Of a stretch of 52,388 nt of DNA, positions 1 to 11,762 are shown one piece after another; within the stretch, counting starts at the first letter, position 1; every line of letters starts with the position of its first letter. Made by a program: the position numbers and the translations under genes. This DNA comes from Candidatus Peribacteria bacterium. GTDB lineage: Bacteria > Patescibacteriota > Gracilibacteria > BD1-5 > UBA2023. The notes below the pieces were generated by a model. The model saw nothing but the letters and a program-made list of their open reading frames with translations, had not been told where the DNA came from and made no database searches. The DNA lies in NCBI GenBank assembly GCA_040383945.1, contig JBEICN010000003.1, positions 1 to 52,388 on the forward strand, in the 5' to 3' direction.

Positions 1-2766
1 AAAGCAGAACTAGAAGAGGCGAATGCGTTTTTTGCACACATCCTCAGTAGTTCGAATCTTCTCGCGAGAGCCGAGCAACACTTGTCTGCAAAAACCGGTC
101 GAGATCTTATGCTCTCGTTTCTCAAATACGATGATGCAAAACATGCTACCAGGCGCAATATCAGAGGAGTTGCATATGAGGACACTGATTCAACGAAAAC
201 AGATGCAAAACGACGTATCGTCGAAATAGCGGGCAAGGCTGACCTCGTAGATGTGCTTTTTTCTGCTCAAAATGCCCCCTGGTCGACACCACAGGTGCGA
301 AGCATGCTTCAGGATAAATCTGAAAAAAATTCCAGAATAACCCAAGAGCGTATTCAATGAGCGTATCTCGCGGTAACCGGTGAGTCGCTTGATATTGATG
401 ATCTTGCGAAGCATCCCGAGAAAGCCTTAAATTTCCAAAGAATCCTCACCGAGAAAATGAATTTTTTGACCGAAATTGCCAAATTGAATCATCAAATTAA
501 AGCGCCTCAATCAACGCAAGTTGGCGTTACCGGACTTACCGCTATTTTATCAGGAAAATTTGAAGAAATTGCCACTCGACAAATCCTCGAGCTCCAAAGG
601 AACATCGAAAAACTTCCAAAGGGGACTACTGAGGTCTCAACACAGTCGCTCGCTAGTATTGCCGGAAGAGTTGGTCTACCTATTGCGGTCGCGCTTCTTA
701 CCGGAGGGGTGGGCATAGCCTCGTACGAGAATCGGGCAGTATCCAATCAGGCGACGCTGGAGGAAGTGGCTCGCCGGTATGATGCCAACAGGCCACTCGG
801 GGCACTTATTCACAATATTTTTCTTGGAAAAGAATTTTCAATGAGGTTCGGCGAAAATCATGCTGTCAAGGCCTACTGCGAAAGTGTCCGGGCGCAAATG
901 AATACCTTCAAAGCTATGGCAGAACTCGGCTTTACCGATGGGGATATAGCAAACCTTTCTCCGAACGATCAGCCGATGTATCGAGCGGTTCAGAAACAGT
1001 ACCAACTTTTGACTGCTAACAAGATTTCACCAGAGGTGGCTAGGGGTATTTTGACTTCGGTATTTTTCAAATCCATCGAGACCGATGCTGCTCAGCGTGC
1101 CAATGATGGAGATTGGTCGTTTCGACTGAGTCCCTTGTTCATTGGATTTGGAAGAGAAGGTGTATCGGTAAGTTCCAAATATTCAGAAAATATGGGTCTT
1201 GCTGCTGCAGCCGGGGTGGAGGTAAGAAAATTGAGTCGTAAGGAAATGGAGGATCTCGGTACATATGTCTACGATCAAAATTCAAAAAACTATATTCTTA
1301 CACTCAAAAATCCACTGGTGCTCGGAGCCCTTCCAGAAGGGGTGACTTCTGACTCCAAAGAAGGAGAGGTGAAAATCACATCTCCGAACCCATTCCGATT
1401 GACCCGAGTGATTCATCGAGGAGCCGACAATACGATCACGGACCGAGGGTATAACATCGAAATAACTAATGACAGAGTTGTAACGACAACTACTCCTGCA
1501 GTAACCGCGCCACCCGAAATGCCAATCGCTGTCAAAGAGGCACGACGAGAGAACATGCTCCTCGATGATAAACTTCAAGACGCGCTATTTTTTCTCGGTC
1601 GAGTAAAAGACCCTCAAGTACGAAAATTTATTGATCTTCTCGCTCGACAGGATTATGAAGGTGCAAAAGCACACCTCGAGTCTATTACCATTAGTTTGCC
1701 AAACGCGAGTGGTAAAAAGGAGACATATACCACACTCAAGAAGAACCTTCTCAACAACTGGGACAAGGTGGACTCATTCTTGACATATATGTACGGAAGT
1801 CGCAAAAGTAAGGCGAAGCAAGAATTTAGTCAACAATATGTTGATACAAGTGTACGAACTGAGCAGACCATCAAGGCCGAAGCACGACTTGCACAAAAGC
1901 AGGGTATCACCTTGGGGGCTCCAGAATCAGAATTCAAAGTTTGATCATCTGAAAAGCATGAACTCACAACAACGGCAACACGATTTCCCGGACAAGAAAT
2001 GACCGTATCTTGTTTTGCCACTCCACTCAACGGGCTCCATAGAATTGACACCTACGATGCTTCCGTGAGCGTGAGCTCAAAAATAGTAGTGGTGGGGGAT
2101 GCAAGCCTCAAAGCGCAGCTTTATGAATCCACACTCAAATCTACCATAGACAAGAGGGGAATTATTGCACAAGTTGCAAAGCTGAATGCGTATCTTTGAG
2201 ATAAAGGTCCAGTCACCACGGAACAATATAAAGCATACCTCACATCAGGTAATATTACAAAGCTTGGAGTTGATGGATTGATAGAGGTAAAAAAGCCTAT
2301 TTTCTTCGAGGCTCGAGCTATGGTGCAGGGGAATGTTTGTATGAATCGAATACATGGAATCGTGTATCCAGTGCTCGGATTTCCCGGCAAGCCTGCACAG
2401 ACAGTCTATGCTCCGGTAGAGCTTGATGGAGCTGTGGTAGAGGGGGACAGTGGAAATGTTGCCACGACCATGATACAAGATGCATCGCTTGGAATCAATC
2501 CAATTATGGCTGCAGTACGAGCGAATGCTCAAAAATCCGAAACTCCGACTACCAATCAGAACTCAACGAGCACCACTGGATCAAATGCGGTTACTGGAAA
2601 CAGTACGACAAATGCCACTAATACTGGAAGCGTTTCCAATCCTACGGTTACGGTGCCCGGAACTCAAGGGTCATCGGGTGCTGGAAATGTTGTGGGTGCG
2701 CCTGTTCGACCTTGAGTAATACCACCACCTCCTACTCCCCCTGTAACGCCACCAACAGGGCCATAA
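1..2766 (+). CDS. Large hypothetical protein, 5'-truncated, with Thr/Asn/Gly/Pro-rich C-terminal tail
   Basis: Track ORFs 82-360, 457-1944, 1999-2199 and 2278-2715 share one frame and are separated only by TGA; first TAA at 2764-2766. Confidence 0.85.
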
Positions 2767-2857
2767 AATTCTCTACTTGATTATATAAAGCCTATTTTGC
2801 GATAACAAAAGCGTAGATATACTTGATAAGTTAGTAGTTCAACATAATATATTTCAA

Positions 2858-3118
2858 ATGACAATCATTCTTTCAGTGATTCGATTCCTTGTGTTGGGAA
2901 TGTTCACCTTTCTCCTGGTTTCTTGTGGATGAGACAAGCATAACGGCACAGATGTTATACAAAAAAAAGATGAAACGAAAGCAAAGTTGCCCTACAGTGA
3001 AGTTGTAGATGGGGAGCAGTCAAGTGCCGCCATCACTGCTCCAAATCAAACCAATCCTACTTACACTGCTCCCGTTGGTCCCTCATGAAAATCCCTCAAC
3101 ACCCCTAAACGCCCATAG
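2858..3118 (+). CDS. Small putative lipoprotein (86 aa)
   Basis: Code-25 translation MTIILSVIRFLVLGMFTFLLVSCGGDKH...: hydrophobic signal with lipobox-like LVSC; TAG ends 2 nt before the next ATG. Confidence 0.7.
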
Positions 3119-3119
3119 T

Positions 3120-6100
3120 ATGAAACATCATGTTTTCCTCACGATTCGCGTCGTACTGTTTTCTCTCATTTGGAGCCTATGGCAGTCTGTGACATTTGCC
3201 GCAGAAAATCCTCTTACTGCTTGTCCGTCTGCGCTTTCTGGACTTTGATGTAATCTGTGTTTTCAAAGTCCCAATGTCTATGAAGGCGAGGGGCTTTCCC
3301 AGTACGATATAGCTCAAAATCGAGGAAATGGAGTCATGGATTTGTATTTTCAAGATGAGCTGGTGTCTCCCACCACCTATAATTTTATTGGCTCAAAAGC
3401 CACCTATCGTCCTGCTGAATTTGAGTTTCCCTCCCTCTCTTTCCTCTCAAATTGTACCAATAACGGAATTACGGGTTGGTGTTGAGATGCCACCACAGGA
3501 CTCTATACATTTCTAAATCCCGGAGAAGACAGAATTTGGACTCAAAGCACGCCTGGAAAACATTTTCAGTTTGTTTCTCTAGACAAGAGCAATCTTTCTG
3601 CTTCTGAAATAGCTGCGATGAAACAGGTGGCTTTTGCTACCAAGTACACGCTTTCCGCATGGGGACTAAATATTGCTACCAAAAATTATGTAAGTAACCG
3701 ACCTCAAGTGGTGACCGAATGTCAGTACTGGGGGGCGAATTTTTGTTGAGATGGGGAAGTTGATGCTACCCGAGAAACATGTGATCCGAATGACCCAAAT
3801 AAGACGAATTTTTGAGCGGGTGGATGTAACTCCAGCTGTCAGCCAATTCCCGCTACAGCAACGCCAATCTGTGATGCATTGGTCGCAAATCCCAATTTTT
3901 GAACCTCTCCATTTTCTAGTGCGGTAAGCTGTTCGGGGAAAAATCTTTGATCCAATCCATCATATAAGATTGACTGTGGAAATGGTCAGGTTATTAATGC
4001 TTCAAGTGGGAGCTGTTCGTATCAGAACACTTCAAACCTGTCAATCACGCAAGATGCCACGTGTACGATCACGCCTCAAGGAGGGTCTCCCGTGACATCA
4101 AACGCCTGCAAGCTGAGAATAGCGGTCAATCCAGCAAATGCTTTTGATCTTTCACTCAAGAAATATGTTGGCACTCCTGGGGCCTCCACTGACGCTCAAA
4201 CCTCAGGCACCGCCGTAGCACAGAATCAAAATACTGATTTTTCGTATACTATCCGAGTACGCAACGAATGAACTGGGCCAACCACCGGGGTTACCACCAT
4301 GACTGATGCTGGACCAACTCCTTCATGAATACAAATACTCAACGCCACGGGGAATGGGTGGAATTGTAATGTATCTGGAAATTCCATTTCTTGTGCATCG
4401 AGCCAGGTGATTGCGGGGGGAATAAATTTTTCTGATATTATCGTATTTGCGAGAACATCATCTGCTACTGGAACCTTTCTCAATACCGCGAGTGTTTCCA
4501 ATCCAAATGAGCGTTCTGTAAATAATTTTGGGAATAATAATACGGATCCAGCTCATGTAATCGTAAGTTCTACCACTACTGCCTGTGCCATCGGCAACAT
4601 CACGCTTCCACTCACCTCCACCATCACGGCTACCACTCCCGGACTTTGTCCTGCGGGGCAGGCCGTGAATGGCTTCACGAACAACGTTGTTGGAACTACC
4701 AACAACTATGTCTGGGGATGTGGATCTTCTGCTGTCGGAGGACTCTGTGCGGCGAGTTTTACTCCCGGAGCCGTGACCCCAGCAGTCTGTGGTGCGCTCA
4801 TTTCATCGGTAACTACTCCTCAAACAACATCTTCTTATAGTTCCACGCTTACATGTACCGCTACTGCAGCGGCAGGAGTCAACCCCACTTTTCAAATCAA
4901 TTGTGGAAACGGACAAGTTATCAGTGCATCTACAGGTACTTGTAATTACACCACTTTCGGCACAAATGCAGCATTCTGTAGTGTGAATGGTCAAGTTGGC
5001 ACCGCCATACCAAATTCCTGCAGAGTCAATATCACGAGCAATCCTCCCGGAGGCGGAGGAGGCCCTGGAACTTGTGAGAAGCTGAATTTCTCTACGGTAA
5101 GTAATATTGGATCTACGTACTCCGTACTTATGGCGTGTACCGCAACCTCTGCTGCTGGCCCAAATCCAACTATAGAAGTAGATTGTGGAAACGGACAAAC
5201 TCTTACCGGATCTTCTGGCATCTGTAATTACAGTACCGGACCTGGGGCAAATTTTCCATATACTGCTACTTGTCGAGTTAACGGATCTACTCAAGGAGCA
5301 CCATCAGCTTCTCCATGAATATTCGCTGCAGGAAGTTGTCGACAGTCAATTGGCTATAGTGGTGGAGCTCCCCTGCCTCCTATTTGAGGAGGAGCATCAG
5401 GCTCAGCCTATTGCTGAAACGGAATCGTAGATAGTTGGGTGAAGACGGTTTCATGGTCAACACAAATTCCTGGTGCGGTATGCACCCCTGTTAATCGAAC
5501 AGAAACTCAAACAGTGAACGGTGTTACTACCAGTACTCTAGTACTTGATTACTACAGTTGTGTGGTTACTACTCGCGAGACATGCGATGCTGGTTCTCTG
5601 AATGGCGTAGCTATCAACAATAGCATTTGTACAGATTGTAATCTCAACCTTACATCTACCAATCCAAGAGCCAACCCACTCTTTATATCATACTATCCTG
5701 TCGACGCGACACGACCACGAGGACTTCCGGTAAATAATTACCAATGGATTGTTGGAAATAATGTGCCAATTTTTGAATCCGGTGACCGATTTGCCATTTC
5801 TTCTCCATTCCCAACCATTCTTTGAGGGTATAGTGCTACGCTAGAAAATACCTCACCGTTGGTTCTTCCGCAAGATGCCACTGTGAGCAACGCTTTTCTT
5901 AGTTCTGAGTGTATAGGCGCGGGTCGTGTTGATTTTGGATCTGGTCCTGTCAGCTGTACAGCAGAAAAGACTTTATTCAATGTCGCGAGCGGCGGTGCCG
6001 TCAACCCTGCGAGCGGAGGAGTAAGCAAGATTTTTATGGGAAATAGCTCGAGTATTGCAACTGCGGCCAAAGATGTCAATCCACCTCTGAGTCAAGGGTC

Positions 6101-6935
6101 TGCGGTACTTCAAAATAATTTTACTGTAGGGATCGGATATTTGAGAGAACCGCTTCAGGTGCGAGTCTCAAAACAAGCAGTAAGTAATACTGCCTGAGGA
6201 AATGCCTACATTGGCACTCGTGTTGGATATAGCGTAAATGCTATTACTAATGAATTTCTCGCAAGTATACAGTCTGGCAACTTCGTGGTTACCTCTGGAG
6301 CAAGTACGAGTGAGATTGCGCTTTCCTGAGTAAATGATACTATTGGATCCAAATCGTTAGAGTCGATGAATATGGGAAATGGGGGCGGTGGATCTACCTC
6401 GTCTACTGTTACTATCAGAAATATGGGAGATTTTAATTTTACTCAGTTTGAAAAAATGGGCGACGCTCCGAATATTTTTGTCATGAAGAAGGGGAAGGTA
6501 ACCATAGACGCAAATCTTCGACTCAAAGGAGTAGGGCTGCTTTTGATCGAAGAAGGTACTCTGGTTATCAATGGAAATATTACCTATGAAGACGCAAATT
6601 CCAGCTGGGCGTTTGTAGTGGTCAAACCCGATGCAAGCACGGGAGTTTCCATACTTGTCAAAGGCATCGTAGAAACCATATCTGGAGTGTATATGGCATT
6701 GAATGGAAAAATGAGCGGATCGGCCGCATCGATCGTTCAATTGTCGGTTGATGGAAACATCTACGCGAATATTTCTGAACTGGTGAATAGTCGAACATTT
6801 ATTCGAGCCACCGAAGGCTCCAGTGCCTTATCCACCGGGGTGACCGTAAACTATTCTACTCGGGCATTCAAAAATCCGCCTCCGTTACTCTCCAAGTATC
6901 TGGAACAGTATACTCTCAAAAAAATATCGAGATAA
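3120..6935 (+). CDS. Large secreted Cys-rich surface protein (about 1271 aa) with DUF11-like domain and Cys-rich repeats
   Basis: One frame through multiple TGA; N-terminal signal peptide; CGDGEVDATRETCDPND...GCNSSC and CGNGIVD motifs; DLSLKK...YTIRVRNEGTGP...NTASV segment; three CGNGQ repeats. Confidence 0.85.
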
Positions 6936-6953
6936 TTATCGGCTTTAATGGAA

Positions 6954-7004
6954 CAAAAAAGGATGACTTTTGTGGAATACAGGAGTCATCTTTTGAAATG
7001 TATG
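6954..7004. terminator. Probable bidirectional intrinsic terminator
   Basis: gatgact/agtcatc stem with an A-run before and a T-run after, between convergent genes. Confidence 0.55.
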
Positions 7005-7122
7005 GATATTGTATAGCAACGCGGATCCTTCTGGAGGCAGAGGAAATATGCGTCTTGAGTTTATAGATATACTCTTCGAAGCAATAAGTGGGGAGGGTGC
7101 TGAAAGTAGGCTTCGAGAGGCT

Positions 7123-8799
7123 CTATATATTTTTTATGAGGTAAGTTCCACAGTTCTCATATCAGAATTTTCGGTAGTACGGGCGTACTCACGCCCCGGC
7201 GATTACGGCTATTTTTGATAGGTTCGGGTAGGTTTTTGTGATGATGTGTTCGGCTTCAGCAAGCATTTTTTTACCAAAGCCCATATGTTGTCCGCTTCCG
7301 TCTGGTGCTGCTCCTATGGGGAGCTGATCGCCGAATACATGGACTTCTCGAATAATCGCACATCCATTGAGTTCTGGTATTTGGACATCTTCTCCCGTAA
7401 AATATTGACTTGGGATACGAAGTCGTAGCAATCAGAAAAGCGTTCGATCTCGTGGATCAACAAATTGAAGTAGGTACTCTTTACCCTTGCTTGCCTCATA
7501 TTCCATGATTTCCAGTTTTGCGTCAAACGGGCTATTTGTTTTGGCGCGAATTTCCCGAGCAGAAATATCTCTACGAGAAATTCATTTTATCAACATCCGT
7601 TGTGCGGTTAGCTCTCGAAGATTGCTGAGTTTTGATCCAGCAAGAATCATGGTGGCTGGGATATCTCGATAGCTTCGGTTCAATCTGACATATTCTGGAA
7701 TCATTCCTTCCAGATCCGCCATGAGATCGATAAGGGTTTCATCGTCATACGGGGTAAAACCTCCGTTTCTCCATATTTCCGTGAGCTCTGCCTTGTCGGT
7801 CACGACCATGGGGTATATTTTGAGTTCATCCGGACGAAAATCTGGATTTTCGAATATTTCTTGCATGGATGCTCGGTCTATTTGTGGAGTGGATCCGAGT
7901 AAATTTGGCATCATGTGGGCTACCACTTTGAACCCAGCATCTTTTAGGAGTTGTGTGGCCCGAATAGACTCGAGATTGCCATGACCCCGTTTGTTGATCG
8001 TATTGATGGCGTCATTCGTGGTTTGATAGCCAATTTCGACACGAGTGACACCATAGACACGAAGTTGTCGAATTTCTTCAGGAGTGATCCAGTCCGGACG
8101 GGTTTCTATCGCGATTCCGATGACTCGGGATTGAGATGTTTCGTTTCTTTCCTGAGCTTCCGAGAGGGTTTTTGAGGCAATCATTTCAAAGCCTTTTCGA
8201 ATTTTGAAGCCAGCCAGTCGGTCGCCAATTTCCCCGGCTTCTATGAATTTTCGTAAGTCTTCAAACGTTGTATGTCCATCATAAATGCCCATGATGACCA
8301 TTTCCCGATACTCCGGCGGATATACGCTCCAAGTCCCTCCAATAATCCGAACATCGCATTTGGCAATGGCATGCCCAGTTACCTCGAGGGATCTGAGGCG
8401 ATTTTGTACTTGGAGTACTGGATCGAAGGCATTGAGCTCGGCCCGCATTACGGCCGGTTCCTGGGGAACATAGCTTTTGGGTAGGTTGTCGAATGTTGGA
8501 CAAAAGACGCATTTTCCGGGGCAGCCCCAAAATTTTGTGAGCAAAGAAATCACGGAAACGCCTGACAATGATCGTACCGCGCGTTTGCGAAATAGCTTGA
8601 GAATGCGCGTTTCATTTGGATAGATCCCCGCTCGTACCCCTTTTTTGTATGATTCTAGCAATTGAAAAAGTTGCGGAGAGCTCGCATTTTTGTATTTTGC
8701 CGAAATGCGGTGAACGATAGATTGAAGGTGCTGCTTGGTAACAGCTTCTGTATCTGACAAAACCGCTTCGATTATTTCTGTAGTGACATCAAAATTCAT
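7123..8799 (-). CDS. elp3: Elp3-type tRNA uridine(34) acetyltransferase (radical SAM + KAT)
   Basis: RSLSGV, CPGKCVFCP, IETRPD, RVEIGYQT, DELKIYP, IREVHVFG, QHMGFGKKML and IAGAG(TGA)VRPYYRKFG(TGA)Y motifs; stop TAG at 7123. Confidence 0.93.
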
Positions 8800-8850
8800 G
8801 CCGCAAGTCTATTCTAACTCCCGTACTTGGCAACCTTCATATATCCACTT

Positions 8851-8878
8851 TTGACACGGATGCGACTTTTTATACAAT
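8851..8878 (+). promoter_or_regulatory. Sigma70-like promoter of tRNA-Gly(UCA)
   Basis: TTGACA-N16-TACAAT, 18 nt upstream of the tRNA. Confidence 0.7.
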
Positions 8879-8896
8879 GGGCAGGCAAAATTCCAT

Positions 8897-8975
8897 GCGG
8901 GGGTAACATAAAAGAGCGAGTGTACTAAGGCTTCAACCCTTGGGTGTGCCGGTTCAAACCCGGTCCCCCGCTCCA
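8897..8975 (+). tRNA. tRNA-Gly(UCA), decoder of TGA as Gly
   Basis: Acceptor GCGGGGG/CCCCCGC, U73, encoded CCA; anticodon loop CT-TCA-AC; T arm GCCGG-TTCAAAC-CCGGT; short variable loop; Gly identity elements G1-C72, C2-G71, G3-C70, U73. Confidence 0.92.
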
Positions 8976-9068
8976 ATTTTTGTACAATTTATAGAGTGAG
9001 ACCGTCGGTGTCACTTTTTTTATTCCCAATCTATTTTTCGATTTTTCATTTTTCTATATAATCTTTGC

Positions 9069-9407
9069 ATGGCAAATTCACACGGACTCTCACCACGACT
9101 GGTAAAAAAACAAGCACAAGCGAGAAAAAATGCAAAGGGCAAGAAAAAAGCCTTTGCGGTGTATATTGGAAACGAAAACCCACAGACACGGAAAAATACG
9201 AGTTTCAAGCAGCGCAAGCACTACATGGAAAACAAACAGAACTTTCCCAAAAAGAAACTCGGAACAAAAAATATCGAGTCTCTCATCGATCAGGGTATTT
9301 TGGATGAACGCTGATTTTTTAAAAAAGGAAAGAAGAAGAACTATATTACCAAATCTATGGTAGATCTCAAGGGGTTTGACTACTATGGGATGCCGCGAGC
9401 AGGTTAA
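9069..9407 (+). CDS. Small Lys/Arg-rich hypothetical protein (112 aa)
   Basis: ORF 9069-9314 extends through TGA to TAA 9405-9407; TATAAT 6 nt before the ATG. Confidence 0.7.
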
Positions 9408-9469
9408 TTTTTTTGAATATCACAAAAAATAGGTTACTCTGGAAGGAGTAGTTTTTATAGTGCTATTGT

Positions 9470-10267
9470 ATGAACCATAGTAAGCATGGTCCCGAAGCTT
9501 CGACACTCATTCGTCTTTACCGGTGAATTTGGGGTAAACTTGAGGAAGGGAATACCCTCCCAGTAGGTGGATCGATCTTTGCATCTGAGCTTACTACCAA
9601 GCTTCATCTCGATTTTTCTTCCTTTCCCTTGCCCGCAAATCAGAAAATAATAGTGCCTATTACCACCTCCATACAAGACTCCTTTGAGGCGTGGTATAAT
9701 CAAATGCCAGAAATGTTGAGGAAGCATGTTGATCCCCAGCTCTATTTTTCTTTGATAATGGCACAGAATGGCATGGAACAACGACTTGGAGTACAAGCTT
9801 ATGAAACTCGTGATATTGCCACACTAAGAAGTCGGAAGTATCAGCATGAAACCCCGAAACTTTCGGATTTTCGTGACGGTTCAGCTCACTGTGCCGAACG
9901 GGCGGCACTCGGTCACTGGATGCTTACGATTATGGGCATTCCGAATGTGTATATGAGCGGTGTGAGTTTTTTTGAGGATGTTTCCGACGGCGCAGACCAT
10001 AGCTGGATTGTTTTGTTTCCAGGAACCAAACAATCTATGATTTTTGATATAGCAAGACCCGAGAACGGTAAGCTCCCAAATCTTTATAAGCCAGATGAGG
10101 TGATTTCTGTGGAAGTATTTTCTGGACAAGACAATGCGTTCATCGAAACAAAGAAGCTTCTTGGAACCACGACTCGATATTTTTGAGTATCTGATAATCC
10201 ACATATGATTACTGAGATTGGAAACGTAGTAAAAAGTTCAGTAAGCAAGCACACTATGTCTCTATAA
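9470..10267 (+). CDS. Transglutaminase-like (Cys-His-Asp) domain protein
   Basis: Code-25 ORF with GSAHCAERAAL...DHSWIV...IFDIARP motif arrangement. Confidence 0.65.
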
Positions 10268-10430
10268 ATTTTTGCTTTGGAATAATCGAATTTTTATAAC
10301 TGTTTTGAGAGAGTGGTGGGGCGGGAGTTTTGATAGTTTTCCATACAGTGACATTTTAATTATTGGAATGACACTCGTTGCATTTTTCTTGCATTATTGC
10401 TATATTTCGCTATGCTCCACGAGCAATTTT

Positions 10431-10508
10431 GCAGCCGTAGCTCAGTTGGATTAGAGCGCCTCCCTGCGAAGGAGGAGGCCGCGCGTTCGAGTCGCGCCGG
10501 TTGCACCA
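10431..10508 (+). tRNA. tRNA-Arg(GCG)
   Basis: Cloverleaf GCAGCCG...CGGTTGC-A-CCA; anticodon arm CCTCC-CTGCGAA-GGAGG; T loop TTCGAGT. Confidence 0.95.
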
Positions 10509-10596
10509 TACTCACCGATTCCAGTCCCATCATCACCGCCTTTTGCCTTGTTGGTGGGATTTTTTGTGCTCACAATAATCTGAGCTGTTATTGGAT

Positions 10597-10911
10597 TTAC
10601 GGCAAAGAGCGTATCCCAAGTTCCGAAAATCTCTTCGGCTCAAAATAGATATCCCGCTCAATCCCGAGCCCGAATTTTCATCGGAACGACTCGAGTTCCG
10701 ATAGGGTAAAACTTCCCCATTCATCATTCCAGTCCCCAAAAATAGAAACGTAACCAAAGAATACGCCACTCTTTTCGTCAAATTCCGTAGCATACCAAGT
10801 GCCGGCTCAGGTGGGATTGAAAAATTTGCAGAATACTATGGGGTCGGCATCCCTCGATTGATCTCAAATTTTTTGGGAGTATTTTAAGATTTTTTTGGTG
10901 AGGAGTTTCAT
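10597..10911 (-). CDS. DUF2958 family protein
   Basis: Absent from the ORF track (three TGA); MKLLTKK...PIVFCKFFNPTGAGTWYATEFD...FFGYV...EWGSFTLSELESFRGKFGLGIERDIYFEPK matches the family pattern as I recall it. Confidence 0.8.
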
Positions 10912-11222
10912 AGACTTGGGGGGTTAGGACTATGAATACACCCTACAAATTTCTATACGAAAATCTCGGAAAAACTTCGGAAATTTAATAAGTGGTTATG
11001 GTACTCAAAATGTTAAGACTTGGGAAGTGTCAAATTTGCATATGGACCAGCGAGTTATTCTGGCAATGTACCTTTGAGAACAGACCTTGCGCGATTTTCG
11101 ACATAGTTTTGAATGCTTCCGAGTAAATTGAGTAGAGTTGCGATTTAACAGAGTGTGGTAGAATGAAGTTAAAGATTTTCACAATACATCGACACTCGTA
11201 TTTTAATTTTATCCCACATCAT

Positions 11223-11672
11223 ATGAAACTTACCGTATCCGTCATTGTTCAAGCTCCACTTGCTACCGTTTGGGAGGCCTTCTGGAGGAGTGAGCATATC
11301 GTTCACTGGTGTTTTGCTTCTGATGATTGGCACTGTCCAAAGTCCGCATCTCAAGAGCCGGTAGTTGGAGAATTTTTTTGCAATACATATGCCGCAAAAG
11401 ATGGGAGTTTCTCTTTTGATTTGACAGCTCGGCATGACTCGGTAGTTCCGATGAAACGGGTAGTCTACACCATGGGAGAGATGAAAGAATACTTCCTCGA
11501 AGCTGGGCGACAAGTTGAGGTTTCTTTTGAAGAAACACCAGAAGGAATCTTGCTTACTGAAGTATTCGATGCTGAGGAAATACATACTCATGAAATGCAA
11601 ATTGCGGGATGGCGAGCGATTCTTGAAAATTTTAAGCGGTATGCGGAGGGTTTGGGAAATAGAGGCAAGTAA
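11223..11672 (+). CDS. SRPBCC/AHSA1-like domain protein
   Basis: APLATVWEAF...WCFASDDWHCP...AKDGSFSFD...QIAGWRAILENFKRY. Confidence 0.85.
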   Translation: MKLTVSVIVQAPLATVWEAFWRSEHIVHWCFASDDWHCPKSASQEPVVGEFFCNTYAAKDGSFSFDLTARHDSVVPMKRVVYTMGEMKEYFLEAGRQVEVSFEETPEGILLTEVFDAEEIHTHEMQIAGWRAILENFKRYAEGLGNRGK

Positions 11673-11762
11673 TCTTGGTGGGTAGAAGCGGTATATGTTG
11701 AATCCTCGATGAGACAGGGATTCTTTTTTTGATTTCTTTCTTTTTTGCATAAACTTTACGGC

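Noticed and set aside
8897-8975. tRNA-Sec or tRNA-Trp(UCA)
   Set aside because: No long variable arm or 8-bp acceptor stem; U73 and the first three base pairs are Gly determinants; TGA aligns with Gly
10920-11160. Possible small gene between DUF2958 and SRPBCC
   Set aside because: Only short ORFs without recognisable motifs
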